DNA of 64,000 nt from the human T2T-CHM13v2.0 reference genome, Homo sapiens: NCBI RefSeq assembly GCF_009914755.1, contig NC_060932.1; one strand, 5' to 3'. Below the pieces are notes generated by a model that saw only the letters and a program-made list of their open reading frames with translations, was not told the origin of the DNA and made no database searches. Numbering within the stretch: the stretch's first letter is position 1; the number at the start of each line of letters is the position of its first letter. The position numbers were made by a program, and so were the translations under genes. Positions 60,021 to 64,000 of the stretch are shown piece after piece.

Positions 60021-60410
60021 TGATATCGTTTGGATCTGCGTCCCCACCCATGTTGAATTGTAATCCCCACTGTTGGAGGTAGGGCCTGGAGGGGGTGATT
60101 GGATCATGGGGGTAGTTTCTAATGGTTTAGTACCATCCCCCAGTGCTGTCTTCATGATAGAGTTCTCAGGAGATCTGATTGTTTAAAAGCATGTAGCACC
60201 TTCCGCTTCACTCTGTCTTTCCCCTTCCCTGGTCGTGGAAGATGTGACTGCTTCCCCTTTACCTTCTGCCATGACTGTAAGTTTCCTGAGGCCCTCCCAG
60301 CCATGACTTCTGTACAGCCTGCTGAGTTGTGACTCAATTAAACCTCTTTTCTTGATAAATTACCCAGTCTCAGATAGTTCTTTACAGCAATATGAAGATG
60401 GAATAATATA
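60021..60410 (+). mobile_element. MaLR solo LTR (MSTA/MSTB-like) nested in L1M
   Basis: tgatatcgtttggatctgcgtcccc...gtaagtttcctgaggcc...aaattacccagtctcag; flanks ctcat/cccat. Confidence 0.85.
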
Positions 60411-61778
60411 CCCATGGAATGCATAACACCAAAAGTGAACCTGGAGAAAACTGTGGATATCGGCTGATAATGATGGGTCAGTGTAGGTTCATTGATTGCA
60501 ACAAATGGACCACTCTTTGGGGATGTTGACAGGGAGGAGGCTGTGTGCTGTGGACAGAGAGCACGTGGGAACTCTGTGCCTTCTACTCAATCTTACTGCC
60601 AGCGCAAAACTACTCTAAAAAAATAAAACCTGTTGAAAAAAATGCCTGGAGAATACAGAATGGAAAGAAGAGGAAAATGAACATAATCTCTTAACTTTCT
60701 CAACTTTTTTGTTTTGCTAAATAAGGCCAATGAATCACAATTCTACCATCTGCTCTTGCCACAATTTCAAAAGATTAAGAAAATTTTATATCACAACAAA
60801 AAAACAAGAGTGATATAATTTTGGAGTAAAGGACATTTTTTCCCCCAAGGCAGGATAGTTGGAACACTCTTACTTTCATATTTTCTGTGAAGGACCAGTG
60901 AAAATTTTACCATATACAAGTACTATTCCACAGGCACGTGTTTGCAAATCACTGTTCAGAGCACAGTGAAACCAGAGGTAAGAAATTGTGCAGACTATAA
61001 CCAGAGGTAAGAAATTGTGCAGACTATAATCTCAATTTTATTAGCAACCTTTTAAAGCATTAAACTGACCTAAGTCAATTTTCTTATGTAAATCCTAAGT
61101 ATGACTTGTCAGTGAGCTGCCAAGAGATAAATTGAGACTTAATGTGTTTGTGTGCAAATTCCACTTGTTTTATGATGATGGCTGACCTTGTGTGCTGCCC
61201 AATAATATGGCATCTCTCCACGGTGCCATCCAAAGGGCACTAAAAGGCTGAACTGCCACAAAATATCTCCACTCCTTCCTCCTTCGGAAACCTTTCATCA
61301 AAAATGGGCTAGACAGCAAAAATGGGAACTATCGTTAGGAGATTATAGTTCACGTGTGCAGATCTGGTTTCACACTAGTAATTCAGCAGAGGTTCCTCTG
61401 TCATATTAGCTTCTTGAAACTTTATCCCTAAGGTGGAAAAAAAATTCACGGACCGTCCTGAACCGGGAAGTTGCAAGCAGAGAATCAAAGTGTGTTTGAT
61501 TAGCAGGTTGTTTGCAGAGAGACTTCATTACATAAAGAAAGTGTCAGAATGGGGCATGTAGGGAACCTGGAATCGGGGCTGGGTTAGGGGAGCCCTGAAG
61601 ATAGGTTCTACATTTATGTAGAGACCTACATCTGTCTTGCATCCAAGTCTAGAAATTTACTGACTAATTGAAACCTTTAAAGTCGTACATTTTTTTTTTC
61701 ATGTAACTAAGTAGGTCCATTGCTGGTCCCGATCTTATAATGAAAAGAATTCCCTAAAACAAAATTTTCCTTTGATAC

Positions 61779-62254
61779 TGACAGTGTTCAGAACCACTCC
61801 AAAATATGCAGTTTTGAGGAAACTGCAGAAGCAGGAAAGCCACTCCAGCCTCTACTTGCCCCTTCTGCCCTGAAGCAGGGCATAGAATAATTCTCTGGCC
61901 TTCCTTGGAAGCAGGTCATGAAACCTTCATTCCAGAAGGACACTCCTAGGATGCAGAGGAAAGGAATGAAGACATAGACACACAGGGAAGAAGCTGAGCA
62001 AAGGAGACTTAAGTTCCTCCCCGTTTATCACCACTAAATTCTATCTTTTCGTCCTCTAATCATACTTCTGCACGACTATCCATTAAAACACACAATTTTC
62101 TCTCTTTCTTTGGGTCTTCATTTCTGAAGGTTCCAGTGGCATGCAAAATGCACATCAAATGAGTTTGGTTATGCGTTTCTCTTAACCTGGCTTCTGTTAT
62201 CGTGGCCTCAGCCATGAACCCAGCAATGGGGGAAGAGAACTCTTCTCTGCAACA
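61779..62254 (+). mobile_element. ERV1-type solo LTR (MER31-like)
   Basis: ccaaaatatg...gcagaagcagga...tttgggtcttcatttctgaagg...gcctcagccatgaacc...caaca resembles recalled MER31. Confidence 0.55.
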
Positions 62255-62343
62255 TGCATTTTCCTAACTTCAAATTAGGCTCGATAAATTGCATCTGTGT
62301 AAGGAGACGCTGGAGAATATAAATGGAGGGAGATCTGTGTTCA

Positions 62344-62619
<276 letters not shown>

Positions 62620-63006
62620 CTACTTGCCGTGCATCGAGCATGTCCTGACCCCATAGCTGTAAAGTAAGCAAGCTCATTTCGCTTTCACACAACCCCCACC
62701 AACATGTGCCTCGGTACTTACTGTCTGACAATGAAGGATGAGGAAAATGAGGCTCACCGAAGATAATTCAGGAGTGTAAATTAGGATAAAGCACACAGGA
62801 CCTCAGTCTGTCATGGACGCAGAGAGATAGGTGAGCTAGATGCTGAGCTATCCATTTTAGGATAAAAGGATTGCTTTTGAGACTTCCAGATCTCTGTATA
62901 ATTTAAGCTTTCTACGGCACACAAACCAAATATAAGCTTGGCATTGACAGATGTGTTTGAAGCAGATGGAAGGCAGCTTCGGTGCAGTCAGTGTTGTTCA
63001 CGAAAT

Positions 63007-63025
63007 GCCCCACTAGGTGGCAGCA
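63007..63025 (+). promoter_or_regulatory. Candidate CTCF binding site
   Basis: GCCCCACTAGGTGGCAGCA matches the CTCF core CCASYAGRKGGCRS. Confidence 0.6.
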
Positions 63026-63636
63026 GCCACAGCAGGAGAAAAGAGCTTACTCCATTTCGACCTTTTCTACCTGTGTCTGAATGGTCTGCTCTTGTGTTGT
63101 ACTTCTTTCTAAAAATTATATTTTAAAACTTCATCATTTAAAATACCAACAGAAAGGCAAAAATGGGTAACATAAACTCCCTTCTTTATAAAATTTTACC
63201 ATACTTCTATTAGACTTCCAGGTATTTTTCAGAGTGACTTAAAAATCTCTATGCCTAAGGACTCACATTCAGAGGCAGCAGGATCTATGTAGTCCTATTT
63301 AGGGCCATTGAAGCAAGAAGGGTTTAGTTGAAACACCAACAAAAATTAGCAGCCCTGAATGGGTCTGATTTACAGTTTTTTATTTCCTGCGTATTGCACA
63401 CCGATTACAAGGGAGGTAAAGTCACAGTGGACGACAAACAAAAAAACTACCCACGAGTCTCAACTGCTTTGTTTTGCATATATTACATGTTTAAAGAAAA
63501 CACTTATGTCACCCTGTGTAAGGTATGGAATGTGTGGTGTATTTTTAAAATAATCAAGATAAATCCTTAAATATAGAGAAAAGTATAGCAGATAGTAGAT
63601 CTTTATTTTCCTACATTTTGCCCTATTTTTGTCAGA

Positions 63637-63948
63637 ACTTTTTTTTTTTTCCTAGAGATGGGATGTCGCTCCCTCTCCTAGGCTGGAGTGCAGTGTCATG
63701 ATCTTGGCTCACTGCAACCTCTACTTCCTGGGTTCAAGTGATTCTCCTGCCTCAGCCTCCCAAGAAGCTAGGACTACAAGCATGAGCTGTCATGTTCAGT
63801 TACTATTAGTATTATTATTTGTATTTATAGTAGACATGGGGTTTCACCAAGTTGACCAGGCTGGTCTTGAACTCCTCACCTCAGGTGATCCACCTGCCTC
63901 GGCCTCCCAAAGTGCTGTGATTACAGGCATGAGCCACCACGCCCAGAC
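63637..63948 (-). mobile_element. Alu (AluS/J)
   Basis: Antisense Alu; TSD cagaacttttt. Confidence 0.9.
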
Positions 63949-64000
63949 CAGAACTTTTTATAAAACAAAAAATCTTATACATGCAACAATTTTTTGCCTC

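Overview
Primate (most likely human) genomic DNA from inside the large CSMD1 gene, which runs on the minus strand. Three coding exons (62394-62596, 8189-8380, 1875-2013) splice in frame to give the end of a CUB domain, one Sushi/CCP domain and the start of the next CUB domain. The first two are separated by a ~54 kb intron. That intron holds a ~5.7 kb HERV-H provirus with two LTR7-type LTRs, a near-full-length L1PA4-like LINE-1, and an L1PA3-like LINE-1 whose 5'UTR intron was spliced out before integration (SpIRE type), nested in a THE1 LTR. It also holds many Alus, MaLR/ERV1 solo LTRs, old L1/L2 fragments, MITEs and an AT-rich VNTR. I see no new protein-coding system; most ORFs in the track are repeat-derived noise. 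The most interesting signals: the spliced L1; pre- and post-ZNF93-escape L1s in one intron; a gene-sense HERV-H whose 5' LTR lost its TATA/GC box while the 3' LTR kept it; an inverted-repeat AT-rich locus split by that provirus; an open L1 ORF0; and an old local duplication. Repeat subfamily names come from recalled consensus sequences, not a database search.
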